Below, piece by piece: positions 6,922-14,787 of a stretch of DNA of 26,662 nt. Where the stretch lies: positions 1 to 26,662 of IMG/VR virus record IMGVR_UViG_3300020045_011710. The stretch is one strand, 5' to 3'. The notes under the pieces are model-generated. The model searched no databases. It saw only the letters and a list, made by a program, of their open reading frames with translations, and was not told where the DNA came from. Origin of the DNA: a virus (Duplodnaviria; Caudoviricetes). The position numbers and the translations under genes were made by a program. Every line of letters begins with the position of its first letter. Position 1 is the stretch's first letter.

Positions 6922-9693
6922 TTATTTATGCAAATCTATTTCAGTCTGCGATAATCCTGGATTACTAAGGTTATCGAAAATAACCCGTGTGTCGATTTTG
7001 GTGGCCCGTGTTGCTATAAAACTTCCGAAGGTGGATTTGTCTACTTTGCTGGCTCCGACAATACGAATTAACATAGTATGGTAGTTTTTCGCGTATGCAG
7101 TTTGCGCCAATGCTTTAGCTATAAAATCAGAAGTGTCAGAAATCAATAACATTTTACCTTCAATTTTGAAACCGATACGTTTTAAAGTAGTTTGTGCTAA
7201 TTGCTGATTAATCATGTAGTCTTCAGCAGGCATCGCATCACCACGCGCATTAAGTACCAGTTCACCAATAGTTCTGGTATGTTTTCCGTACATGGTTTCC
7301 ACAGACACTTCTGCGCCCATTATTTTATTCAAAGCTTTTATTTCATCACGACTATTTTCCGCCATGCGTTCTTCGCTCCAGTCGCGTTCTTTAATCCAGT
7401 CGCGCGCATCTTCGAATGATATGATTTTATTTGAAGTAAGACTATATGCACCAGCTAAAAGTGCGCCTAACTGGTCGCCTGTTCGTTGGTTATCAAGTTC
7501 AGCAGCGGCAGCGTTAGAAAACGTTTTTGCATTTTTTAATATAATCGGAAGTAAGGTTACTGATCTGGATAAAAACGCCTGAACATATTCGTCGGTCATT
7601 GTTTCGTTGTACATCGAAAGTGTTTCTTCCCATTTTTCCTGTTTTGTCGAGGATATATCTGGTTTTATTTCCAGAACTGTTATTCTGGTAGTATCTGATC
7701 GCTGTGTTAAGTTTGCCCCAATGGAAGCGAATGCAAAACATGATCGTATGTCGAACTGTGAAGCAGAACCGCCTGCCGATCCTTTTATAATTTTTCCACT
7801 ATCTGACGTAGAAGCTGAACGTGCTAACGTGATGTTAGCCTGTGTGCGTTGCAAACCTTTAATGTCTTCGGATTCTGCTTCGTCAAAAATAACTGGCAAC
7901 GCATCTGCACGAAGTGTTTGACGAATACCAGCTTCTGTAGTGTCACCTTGCGCATCGATACAAATTTCGTCCAAAAGGCGTTTAACCAGGTTTGTCATTA
8001 TCCAAGACTTACCAGAACCCGCAGAACCAGTTAACCACATATGTGGCCGCCAACGAAGTGCACCGCATATTGGCGCTATAACAATCCATCCTGCCAATAG
8101 TCTGGCGTTGATTCCACGCGCCCAGTTTAACCGTTCCAGTATCATTATAAGTTTATACGCTTCTTCCTTTTTTAATGGCTCTACGAGCGAAAAACCAAGT
8201 TCCTGCGCAGCTTCGTATATGTATTTAGATTTATGATCGCTGAACTTTGTGTATTTTCCGTTTACGATAAGCACGTCGCCGCAGTGAATAACGATGTCGT
8301 CGCCATCCTTCCAGGCACCACGACCGCGAATTTTACTTTCGCTGAAAAATCCCATTTTAGAACATGTAGAAATAAGAGTGTCTGCAATCACATTAACGTC
8401 ATACTTCACACCGCCCGATCTGGTATTTTTAGGATAGTGACCTTCCCAGTATTTCATCGGTGCCAGTTGTAAGACGTTTGCTGCAGTTATTCCACCAGCA
8501 GACAATTTTACTATCACATTGGTGCGGTAAACAAAAAACACGTATAGGTTTTGATCGTTGTTCTCAAATCCCAGGCATTTAAAATATGGATTCGCATTCT
8601 GTGGTTCTTTTTGTAACGGTTTTTTTTGCTGCGGTATCGCATTGGAATTTTCGGAATTATTGGAATTCGTCGGAATTTCAGGCGTTGCTATAGGCGCAGG
8701 TTTTTGTTTTGGTGGATCAGCCGAAACTGTCGGCGTGGTCTGTCTGTTTTCCTTTAAATATTCGATGGCTTGTTCTGGTGTCCAGTCGGCATCGGCAATG
8801 TCCCATTTATTTGGAAAATCTTTGCTGTTTTTAATCCATTTGAAATTCGCCTGGAACATTTCACATATTCCAATTATACGTCTATAAGTTTGAGTTTTAT
8901 CGTTGTAAGCCCATCCGCCGAACATTGCATGCAGTCCTGGTACATCATTATCTGGCCAAAGAAATATATTTCGAGCGTGCAATGGTGTCCAATCGGCATT
9001 TTTTACGTTTTCGCCACCGCCAATCCATGTAGTTACGACATACTGCGGAAATAGTTTTTTTGCTGCGTCTGCGGCCTTTTCACCTTCGACCACCAGAACG
9101 ATAGCTGTCGGACGTGCTGCAAGTTCGTGAAGATTGTATAGTGGTCTAGGAATGCTGAAACCGCGCCACATCCATTTAGCGCCAGTGCCGTTATTTGGTT
9201 TTTTGAACGTATAAGGTATAACATCTTTTTTACCATCTGGAAGGTCAAAACGAAGTGTATAGCCAATAACTTGACCTTCGCGATTGTGATACGTCCAATA
9301 ATTCGATGGTTTTCCGTAATCTTTAAAAATAAGATTTGCGACGTCTGGCAGTTGCGCCTGATTTGGAACGGCGTCGGTCCATTTTATTTCTGGTTCGGTA
9401 GTTTTCGGACCTGCGCTTACTGTCGGAATAATGGTGCCGTTTGTGATTGCATCACATGCTTCGCGTTTTGTTTTCCCCTGTAGAGTAAAAAAATCTATCA
9501 TGTCGCCACCAGCACCACAGTGTGTTGCAAAACATTTAAAAATCTGTTTCACAGGGTTAACCTTCAGTGATGCGTGTTCGTCGCTGTGGAAAATACAATT
9601 CCCAACTAGTTCAGGTCCCTGACGTTTTAACGCTATCGTTCTGCCGATAACTTCTTCGATTTGATAGGTTTGTTTTATGTCGGAAATATTCAC
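6922..9693 (-). CDS. Primase-helicase (CHC2 zinc finger, TOPRIM, P-loop helicase)
   Basis: CIFH…FKCFATHC zinc finger; VLVVEGEKAADA and WPDND TOPRIM motifs; GSAGSGKS Walker A and VIFDE Walker B. Confidence 0.9.
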   Translation of the reverse strand: MNISDIKQTYQIEEVIGRTIALKRQGPELVGNCIFHSDEHASLKVNPVKQIFKCFATHCGAGGDMIDFFTLQGKTKREACDAITNGTIIPTVSAGPKTTEPEIKWTDAVPNQAQLPDVANLIFKDYGKPSNYWTYHNREGQVIGYTLRFDLPDGKKDVIPYTFKKPNNGTGAKWMWRGFSIPRPLYNLHELAARPTAIVLVVEGEKAADAAKKLFPQYVVTTWIGGGENVKNADWTPLHARNIFLWPDNDVPGLHAMFGGWAYNDKTQTYRRIIGICEMFQANFKWIKNSKDFPNKWDIADADWTPEQAIEYLKENRQTTPTVSADPPKQKPAPIATPEIPTNSNNSENSNAIPQQKKPLQKEPQNANPYFKCLGFENNDQNLYVFFVYRTNVIVKLSAGGITAANVLQLAPMKYWEGHYPKNTRSGGVKYDVNVIADTLISTCSKMGFFSESKIRGRGAWKDGDDIVIHCGDVLIVNGKYTKFSDHKSKYIYEAAQELGFSLVEPLKKEEAYKLIMILERLNWARGINARLLAGWIVIAPICGALRWRPHMWLTGSAGSGKSWIMTNLVKRLLDEICIDAQGDTTEAGIRQTLRADALPVIFDEAESEDIKGLQRTQANITLARSASTSDSGKIIKGSAGGSASQFDIRSCFAFASIGANLTQRSDTTRITVLEIKPDISSTKQEKWEETLSMYNETMTDEYVQAFLSRSVTLLPIILKNAKTFSNAAAAELDNQRTGDQLGALLAGAYSLTSNKIISFEDARDWIKERDWSEERMAENSRDEIKALNKIMGAEVSVETMYGKHTRTIGELVLNARGDAMPAEDYMINQQLAQTTLKRIGFKIEGKMLLISDTSDFIAKALAQTAYAKNYHTMLIRIVGASKVDKSTFGSFIATRATKIDTRVIFDNLSNPGLSQTEIDLHK

Positions 9694-9748
9694 AGGTTAA
9701 AATGTTATGTCGTAATATTTTGTATGATAAAATCAGTGTTATAAACGA

Positions 9749-10248
9749 GTTAGCGGCAAGCCTACATCGGACACCCTCCAGGTGCATGAGTATCATATTG
9801 GAAAGTATAATGAAAGATGTGTAAGCCATGTTTAAAAGCAATTAATTCATCACCCCTTTCAAACTTTTTAAATTCACTTTCCATATAATTGAATCCTTCT
9901 TTTGCGACTTCAACTATGTAACAATTATCATTTTCATGAGTGATTGTTTTGCCGTTAATTGTCCAACTCCACGGCATTCCATTTACTACATTAGCACCGT
10001 TTTCTAAGCCGTGATTTACTACTTCCTCAAAAGTAATTCGCTTGTTTAATTTTAAATTGTCCTTCATTTTGTGTATTTATTTTAAATTGTTAATAATTCC
10101 GAAAGAAGGGCAGCAGATAACAGCACACACACGCTATTGCTAGATTAGTGATTAATTTAATATTTGTTTTGTACCTTTCAATTCTGTGTTAAAATGAAAG
10201 ATAATTTTGTACTTTTACGCAACATCGTGTAGCCACAATAAGCTATAA
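9749..10248 (+). mobile_element. Integron-like gene cassette with degenerate attC-like site (about 10115-10248); gene is inverted relative to the site
   Basis: GTTAGCGGCAAGCC at 9749; partly complementary GGCAGCAGATAAC at 10109-10121; ACACGCTATTGC…GCAACATCGTGT stem; GCTATAA (one change from GTTATAA) at 10242. Confidence 0.55.
9762..10067 (-). CDS. Conserved hypothetical phage protein (cassette cargo)
   Basis: 101-aa ORF; GANVVNGMPWS…ITHENDNCY motif recalled from other phage proteins. Confidence 0.75.
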   Translation of the reverse strand: MKDNLKLNKRITFEEVVNHGLENGANVVNGMPWSWTINGKTITHENDNCYIVEVAKEGFNYMESEFKKFERGDELIAFKHGLHIFHYTFQYDTHAPGGCPM

Positions 10249-10320
10249 GTTCATTCAACTTAAATATTACTAGTTTTCTGTTTATGTCGGAAATATTCAC
10301 AGGTTAAAAATATGGTTAGT

Positions 10321-10941
10321 TTATAATTTTATAGAATTTTCTACTTCATTTCCAAAAACATCAAATCCTTCAAGTTGCTGTCTTGCGAACAATTCTATTC
10401 TTGGAACATCGCCCATTAATTTTATTATTTCAGTTCTAAACACATTAGGTTTTCTAGAATGAATATCAATTGGTTCTAAAATTACAGATCGAATCGATGC
10501 GTTTATTCTTTTAGGGTTTCCTTTAGTCGCTATCAAACAACATTCTGATCCAGCACGTGTCCAAAATCCCATGCCAAAAAATAGTTTTCCAAAAATAAGT
10601 GTTAAACCAAATTTGTTTATTATGGGTTGCAAAATATTCATAATCGATTCAGGAATTATTTTATTTTTTGTTGTTTTTACCCAATTAAAACCAGTCATTG
10701 TTTTTACCTTGAATCCCCAATTATTTACTACCTTAATAGCTTCTTCTGGTTGCGATCCTACCCACCACATAAAAAGCACACAGTGATCGTCTGCTAACTC
10801 TTTTATAGGAAGTTTACACATTTGTTCTAAATCCATAGTTTGATAGTGCTGTGAGGCTCCAGATGTCATTTTACCCCCCCCCGTTTTTTTATTATTGAAG
10901 GACCATGGCGGATCTGCGTAAATTATTTTATACTTATTCAT
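10321..10941 (-). CDS. MT-A70 family N6-adenine DNA methyltransferase
   Basis: IIYADPPW catalytic motif, LFMW, GMGFWTR…E, HSRKP, RIELFAR. Confidence 0.9.
   Translation of the reverse strand: MNKYKIIYADPPWSFNNKKTGGGKMTSGASQHYQTMDLEQMCKLPIKELADDHCVLFMWWVGSQPEEAIKVVNNWGFKVKTMTGFNWVKTTKNKIIPESIMNILQPIINKFGLTLIFGKLFFGMGFWTRAGSECCLIATKGNPKRINASIRSVILEPIDIHSRKPNVFRTEIIKLMGDVPRIELFARQQLEGFDVFGNEVENSIKL
10874..10882 (-). repeat. G9 homopolymer in MT-A70 coding strand
   Basis: C9 on the + strand; ACG GGG GGG GGT (TGGG), preceded by A7-C. Confidence 0.95.
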
Positions 10942-11353
10942 CGTTTAATAATTTTAATGCTTCACTTTCACTTTTGACGGCGCCAGAAACACCGCCGAAC
11001 GTTTTAACCATTTCTATAAAATTTTTCTGTTCTTTGGAAACGCGACCAGTTTCGGTTTTCGCTTCGATGGCCATAAACACAGCTAAGGTCCTGCCAATCA
11101 TTTCAGGCGTCACCTTCAAAGATTGAAAGCCGATAATATCCGAAGACCCTACACATAAACCGCCGTGGAAAACACGCCCATTTTGGATTAGTACGTCGCC
11201 TGCCTGTACAGTTATAACTGTTTTTTGCGTAAATCTTTGTGATTTTCCAATCCACGCAGTGCCGACGTTGTTTCTGAATGTTCTAACGCCTGGGATTCTA
11301 CCTAGTGTTAACTGGATATTTCGCACCAGATTCGTTTCTTTTCCGTTAGGCAT
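10934..11353 (-). CDS. VRR-NUC domain nuclease / Holliday junction resolvase-like
   Basis: FRNNVG, GLCVGSSDIIG, AIEAKTETGRVSKEQKNF; likely start ATG 11353. Confidence 0.85.
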   Translation of the reverse strand: MPNGKETNLVRNIQLTLGRIPGVRTFRNNVGTAWIGKSQRFTQKTVITVQAGDVLIQNGRVFHGGLCVGSSDIIGFQSLKVTPEMIGRTLAVFMAIEAKTETGRVSKEQKNFIEMVKTFGGVSGAVKSESEALKLLNDE

Positions 11354-11364
11354 GCGTTTGATAT

Positions 11365-11499
11365 TTACGGATTTGGATATATAAATAAATAGAAAAAAAA
11401 AAATCCTGCAATTAGTAAAATGGTCAGTACGATTGAACAAATCAACACGTAACATTGAAGTAATTCTGGAAGCTGCGAAAAATAATAGATTGGTTTCAT
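11365..11499 (-). CDS. Small single-TM protein (44 aa, MKPIYYFSQLPELLQCYVLICSIVLTILLIAGFFFFYLFIYPNP) containing a T11 run; not in ORF track
   Basis: Translated by hand; ATGA overlap with the upstream ORF. Confidence 0.6.
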   Translation of the reverse strand: MKPIYYFSQLPELLQCYVLICSIVLTILLIAGFFFFYLFIYPNP

Positions 11500-11654
11500 G
11501 ATTTTATTTCTGTTTTTGATTGGTTAAATTTATCTAGCAAATCCTGATATGAAAATCGAGTTTTTATGTATTTAAAATCAAATTTATAATAGAAAAAACA
11601 TTCGTCTATTAAACGAAAATTTTCAAATAACCAGAAGGTAAACTTTTCATTCAT
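11496..11654 (-). CDS. Small hypothetical protein (52 aa, MNEKFTFWLFENF…), not in ORF track
   Basis: Translated by hand; fills the gap and is translationally coupled to the next ORF. Confidence 0.55.
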   Translation of the reverse strand: MNEKFTFWLFENFRLIDECFFYYKFDFKYIKTRFSYQDLLDKFNQSKTEIKS

Positions 11655-11665
11655 AATAATATTTT

Positions 11666-12112
11666 TTAAAATGGTAAATAATCTGGATCGTCTTCTGGCA
11701 ATTCTGTGAAATGCTTATCGTGGTCATGATATTTACGAACGTTGGCGGTGTCAGTTATCAATTGAATATTATCGATGTGGTAGCCTTCCCAGTTTCTTAT
11801 GCGGTCCACCGTGCAGTTACGACCTCGTTTTCCCTTTTTTATAATGTAACCAGTCCGGTTGCAAAATTCGCGAAATTCTTCCAGCGTAATGGTAAAATTT
11901 TTATTTCTTCTTAACGCATTTCCTTTGAAATTCACGAAGCGATCATAAACCGGATCGATAAGCCGCCGCCAACGTGAATAATGTGTGTGACATAATCCGC
12001 GCTTCTTCGGATGCGGCACGTTTTTACAATGGTACGCACAACAGTGTTTTCCCTGTGCTTTTTTCGCTTCAGATATTTCGAATTTTATGGATTTTGGCGT
12101 GAATACTTCCAT
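11666..12112 (-). CDS. His-Me finger/HNH-like endonuclease with N-terminal Cys/His zinc-binding region
   Basis: C-x3-C…LCHTHY; TVDRIRNWEGYHIDNIQLITDTANVRK. Confidence 0.7.
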   Translation of the reverse strand: MEVFTPKSIKFEISEAKKAQGKHCCAYHCKNVPHPKKRGLCHTHYSRWRRLIDPVYDRFVNFKGNALRRNKNFTITLEEFREFCNRTGYIIKKGKRGRNCTVDRIRNWEGYHIDNIQLITDTANVRKYHDHDKHFTELPEDDPDYLPF

Positions 12113-12114
12113 CG

Positions 12115-13713
12115 CTAAAAATCCATAACATCGTCAAAACTTCCTGTTTCGAACTTAACAGTAATCTGGGCGGACCGCGCTTCTTCGGATGCGGCACGTC
12201 TGGCCATCATGGCTTCTACTTTCTTTTCCTTCTGGCGATTTCTCATGTAAGCCCATTCAGGCTTATATCCATTTTTTTCTGCAATAGCCAATAATTCTTC
12301 TAGCGTTTGGGCCCTTCCGATTTCCATTCGCTTTTCTTTTTTCTTAATCATTTCTGCTGTCACCTGTTTAAGTTGTCCAGCAACAGTTTTAGGCGTTAAA
12401 TCGCGTATTTCGTAAACATGTCCACACTGCGGACACGAAGGCGCTGGATCGTGAATCGCAAAACACGACGTGCACATTTGAACTCTTACTGATTTTTCAG
12501 TAGAACCCTTACCACGCCCACGCTTAACTTCACCGTCCAGCGTCCATTCGTGGTCTTCGTCAGGCAGTCCATGGTTAGAAACGAATTCACCATTAACCCA
12601 CGAACCTACATTTCCAACGTGATCCAAAATAATAGCGAAGGGCTTTTCTGAAGCAGCAATCGCAGCCAATCTTTGTTCACGAGTATCGATAGGATAACCT
12701 GGTGCATAGACAGGACGAAGTACACGGCCGTCCTGTTGCATATTCAGCCCTTTAGATTTTGTAGGTCTTAATTTTATTGCTGTAGTTGCGCGTGGAATAT
12801 CGGTGCCTTCAGAAATTAGATCGCAGGAAGTAAGACCCTGAACTTCGCCAGTCTTTAATCCGTTTATCAAATTGTTTCTGGTGTCGTTATCCATACTGCC
12901 GTCAACAGAATAAAATCTATAACCAGCAGCGCGAAATTCTGCTGCAACGTGTTCAGCATGCGCAACCGAAACGCAGTAAACTATCGCAGGAGCACCATCG
13001 CAAACCTGTCTGTAATGTTCGACAGCGTCGCCTGTAATTTTTGGTTTATCAACTACTGATTCTAGGTCTTTGGTTTTATAATCACCTTTATATGATTTAA
13101 GCTCTGACGGGTCAAATTGACGCGGTGGCGAAAACACTTTCGGACGTACCAGGTAACCTTCGTTTATAAGTTCTGAAATAGATGGTCCCAAAACAAGTTC
13201 TTCAAACATTCCGGCATGATGAACACCTAAGCCCTGACCATCTGCGCGTATAGGCGTAGCGGTAACGCCTATAACTTTAAGTTGCGGATTTAATTCTTTG
13301 AAGTGATTTATAATCGTTCGCCATGATCCAGCTGTTGCGTGATGGGCTTCATCTATTATTATAGCGTCTGCAATCCAGTTGGCCGCAGCGAAATAATTTA
13401 AACGTTTGGTAAGTGTCTGGACGCTGGCAACCTGAACGTAATTATTAAGGTTTGGCGTATATTGTGGGTTTACCATACCATGTTCAACTTCAAATTTTTC
13501 AAGCGCCGCAGAAGTCTGGCGAAGTAATTCGATACGATGCACCAATATAATAACCCGTTTACGCTTCAAAGACATTGCCTGCGCGATATATGTAAACACT
13601 ACGGTCTTACCACCGCCAGTAGGCAGGACAAATAGAACGTAATTGATAAATCTTTTAAAACATGCGCGTATGCCACCAACGCCATTGTTTTGGTAGGGTC
13701 TTAATATAATCAT
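12115..13713 (-). CDS. Superfamily 2 DEAH-box helicase (UvsW/ResIII-like) with C-terminal zinc ribbon
   Basis: LRPYQ, PTGGGKT, DEAHH, TAT, QQDGRVLR, CxxC…CPQC. Confidence 0.92.
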   Translation of the reverse strand: MIILRPYQNNGVGGIRACFKRFINYVLFVLPTGGGKTVVFTYIAQAMSLKRKRVIILVHRIELLRQTSAALEKFEVEHGMVNPQYTPNLNNYVQVASVQTLTKRLNYFAAANWIADAIIIDEAHHATAGSWRTIINHFKELNPQLKVIGVTATPIRADGQGLGVHHAGMFEELVLGPSISELINEGYLVRPKVFSPPRQFDPSELKSYKGDYKTKDLESVVDKPKITGDAVEHYRQVCDGAPAIVYCVSVAHAEHVAAEFRAAGYRFYSVDGSMDNDTRNNLINGLKTGEVQGLTSCDLISEGTDIPRATTAIKLRPTKSKGLNMQQDGRVLRPVYAPGYPIDTREQRLAAIAASEKPFAIILDHVGNVGSWVNGEFVSNHGLPDEDHEWTLDGEVKRGRGKGSTEKSVRVQMCTSCFAIHDPAPSCPQCGHVYEIRDLTPKTVAGQLKQVTAEMIKKKEKRMEIGRAQTLEELLAIAEKNGYKPEWAYMRNRQKEKKVEAMMARRAASEEARSAQITVKFETGSFDDVMDF

Positions 13714-13743
13714 TTGGTTGGTTTGATATGATCTATAGTTTTG

Positions 13744-13953
13744 TTATTCTACTGGCGCTTCCTGTTTTTTACTTTTCATTACCTCGATGGTATCTTTTAA
13801 GGTGTCGTAAGTTTCGAACGCGTCAGGTTCTTTATTCTGCCATTTTTGTATGGTACCATAATTAACTTTGGCTTCCCGGCAAACTTCCAGAAGGGACAAA
13901 CCAGATTCCGCACATAAGCGAATGATTTCATCAACTCTTTTTTCTTTGTTCAT
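13744..13953 (-). CDS. Cro-like helix-turn-helix regulator
   Basis: GLSLLEVCREAKVNYGTIQKW HTH pattern; first gene of the leftward operon. Confidence 0.75.
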   Translation of the reverse strand: MNKEKRVDEIIRLCAESGLSLLEVCREAKVNYGTIQKWQNKEPDAFETYDTLKDTIEVMKSKKQEAPVE

Positions 13954-14069
13954 TTTTATTGTGTATTTTTTGATACTGCAAATATTACATATAAAATTTT
14001 ATAAAAAAAGTTTTTTTATTAAAAATATATTTATACGTTTGTGGCATTATTAATTTAAATCAAATCAAA
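13954..14069. promoter_or_regulatory. Divergent promoter/switch region
   Basis: + strand TACGTTTG at 14034-14041; near-consensus AATATTTG on the - strand at about 13979-13986; palindromes at 13990-14003 and 14001-14019. Confidence 0.65.
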
Positions 14070-14777
14070 ATGAAAAAAGCAATTAAGGATTTTTGCGCAC
14101 GTTATTCTTTAACGGAAAAGCAATTTTACGGTAAAGAAGAAGTAGGCGGCTATTTGGACCTCGGAAGCCTGACATCGATTCCTGAAGGTTTCAACCCAAC
14201 TGTAGGCGGCGATTTGTACCTGCGAAGCCTGACATCGATTCCTGAAGGTTTCAACCCAACTGTAGGCGGCTATTTGGACCTGCGAAGCGGACTTTCGGCA
14301 AAAACACAAAAGCCGAAAGGAAAAATAATCACACCTAAAAATAAACTACTTTTTTGGCAAGACGGAAAATTTGTAAAAGCCGACGGCATGTTTACAGAAG
14401 TCTTAAACAAAAAAGGAAATGTATATCGTGTTAGAAAAATCCATTCCACCAAAGAATTTTATTTGGTAACGGATGGAACCACTCATGCGCACGGTGAAAC
14501 GTTACAACGTGCAAAAGAAGATTTTAGATTTAAGCTAATTTCTGAAAAACTAAAAACCGAACCAATCAAAGAAGACACTATAATTACTATAAATTATTAT
14601 AGAGTTGTAACCGGATCGTGTGAAATGGGCGTTAAATCATGGATGAATCAGGTTTTTAATGCTGAAGAACTTGCAAACGTCACAAAAAACGGAATTGCAG
14701 CAAAAGACCTTCTTCCAATCCTGAAAAAACATAATGCATACGGATTAGAACGTTTTCAAAAAATGATAACTTTTTAA
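14070..14777 (+). CDS. Phage protein with 20-aa leucine-rich-repeat-like units
   Basis: VGG[YD]L[DY]L[GR]SLTSIPEGFNPT repeated about 2.5 times; C-terminal HAHG…YRVVTGSCEMG domain. Confidence 0.8.
   Translation: MKKAIKDFCARYSLTEKQFYGKEEVGGYLDLGSLTSIPEGFNPTVGGDLYLRSLTSIPEGFNPTVGGYLDLRSGLSAKTQKPKGKIITPKNKLLFWQDGKFVKADGMFTEVLNKKGNVYRVRKIHSTKEFYLVTDGTTHAHGETLQRAKEDFRFKLISEKLKTEPIKEDTIITINYYRVVTGSCEMGVKSWMNQVFNAEELANVTKNGIAAKDLLPILKKHNAYGLERFQKMITF
14142..14288 (+). repeat. 60-bp tandem repeat, about 2.45 copies
   Basis: GTAGGCGGC[T/G]ATTTG[G/T]ACCT..GAAGCCTGACATCGATTCCTGAAGGTTTCAACCCAACT. Confidence 0.95.
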
Positions 14778-14787
14778 TATTGTAATT

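Larger units (their letters stand above)
9674..10309. repeat. 29-bp direct repeats (9674-9702 and 10281-10309) bracketing an inserted segment
   Basis: TTTATGTCGGAAATATTCACAGGTTAAAA occurs twice and includes the primase GTG start. Confidence 0.95.

Noticed and set aside
8644-8677. Four GGAATT repeats in the primase gene as replication iterons
   Set aside because: Only 6 bp, unevenly spaced, and explained by the low-complexity NSNNSENSN linker.
7201-9622. Numerous + strand ORFs opposite the primase (and similar shadows opposite other genes)
   Set aside because: Antisense shadows of real genes with no recognisable motifs or expression signals.
14142-14288. Repeats as a CRISPR array or DGR template/variable pair
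   Set aside because: Units are contiguous, in frame and without unique spacers; differences are not adenine-specific; no cas or reverse transcriptase gene is in the window.
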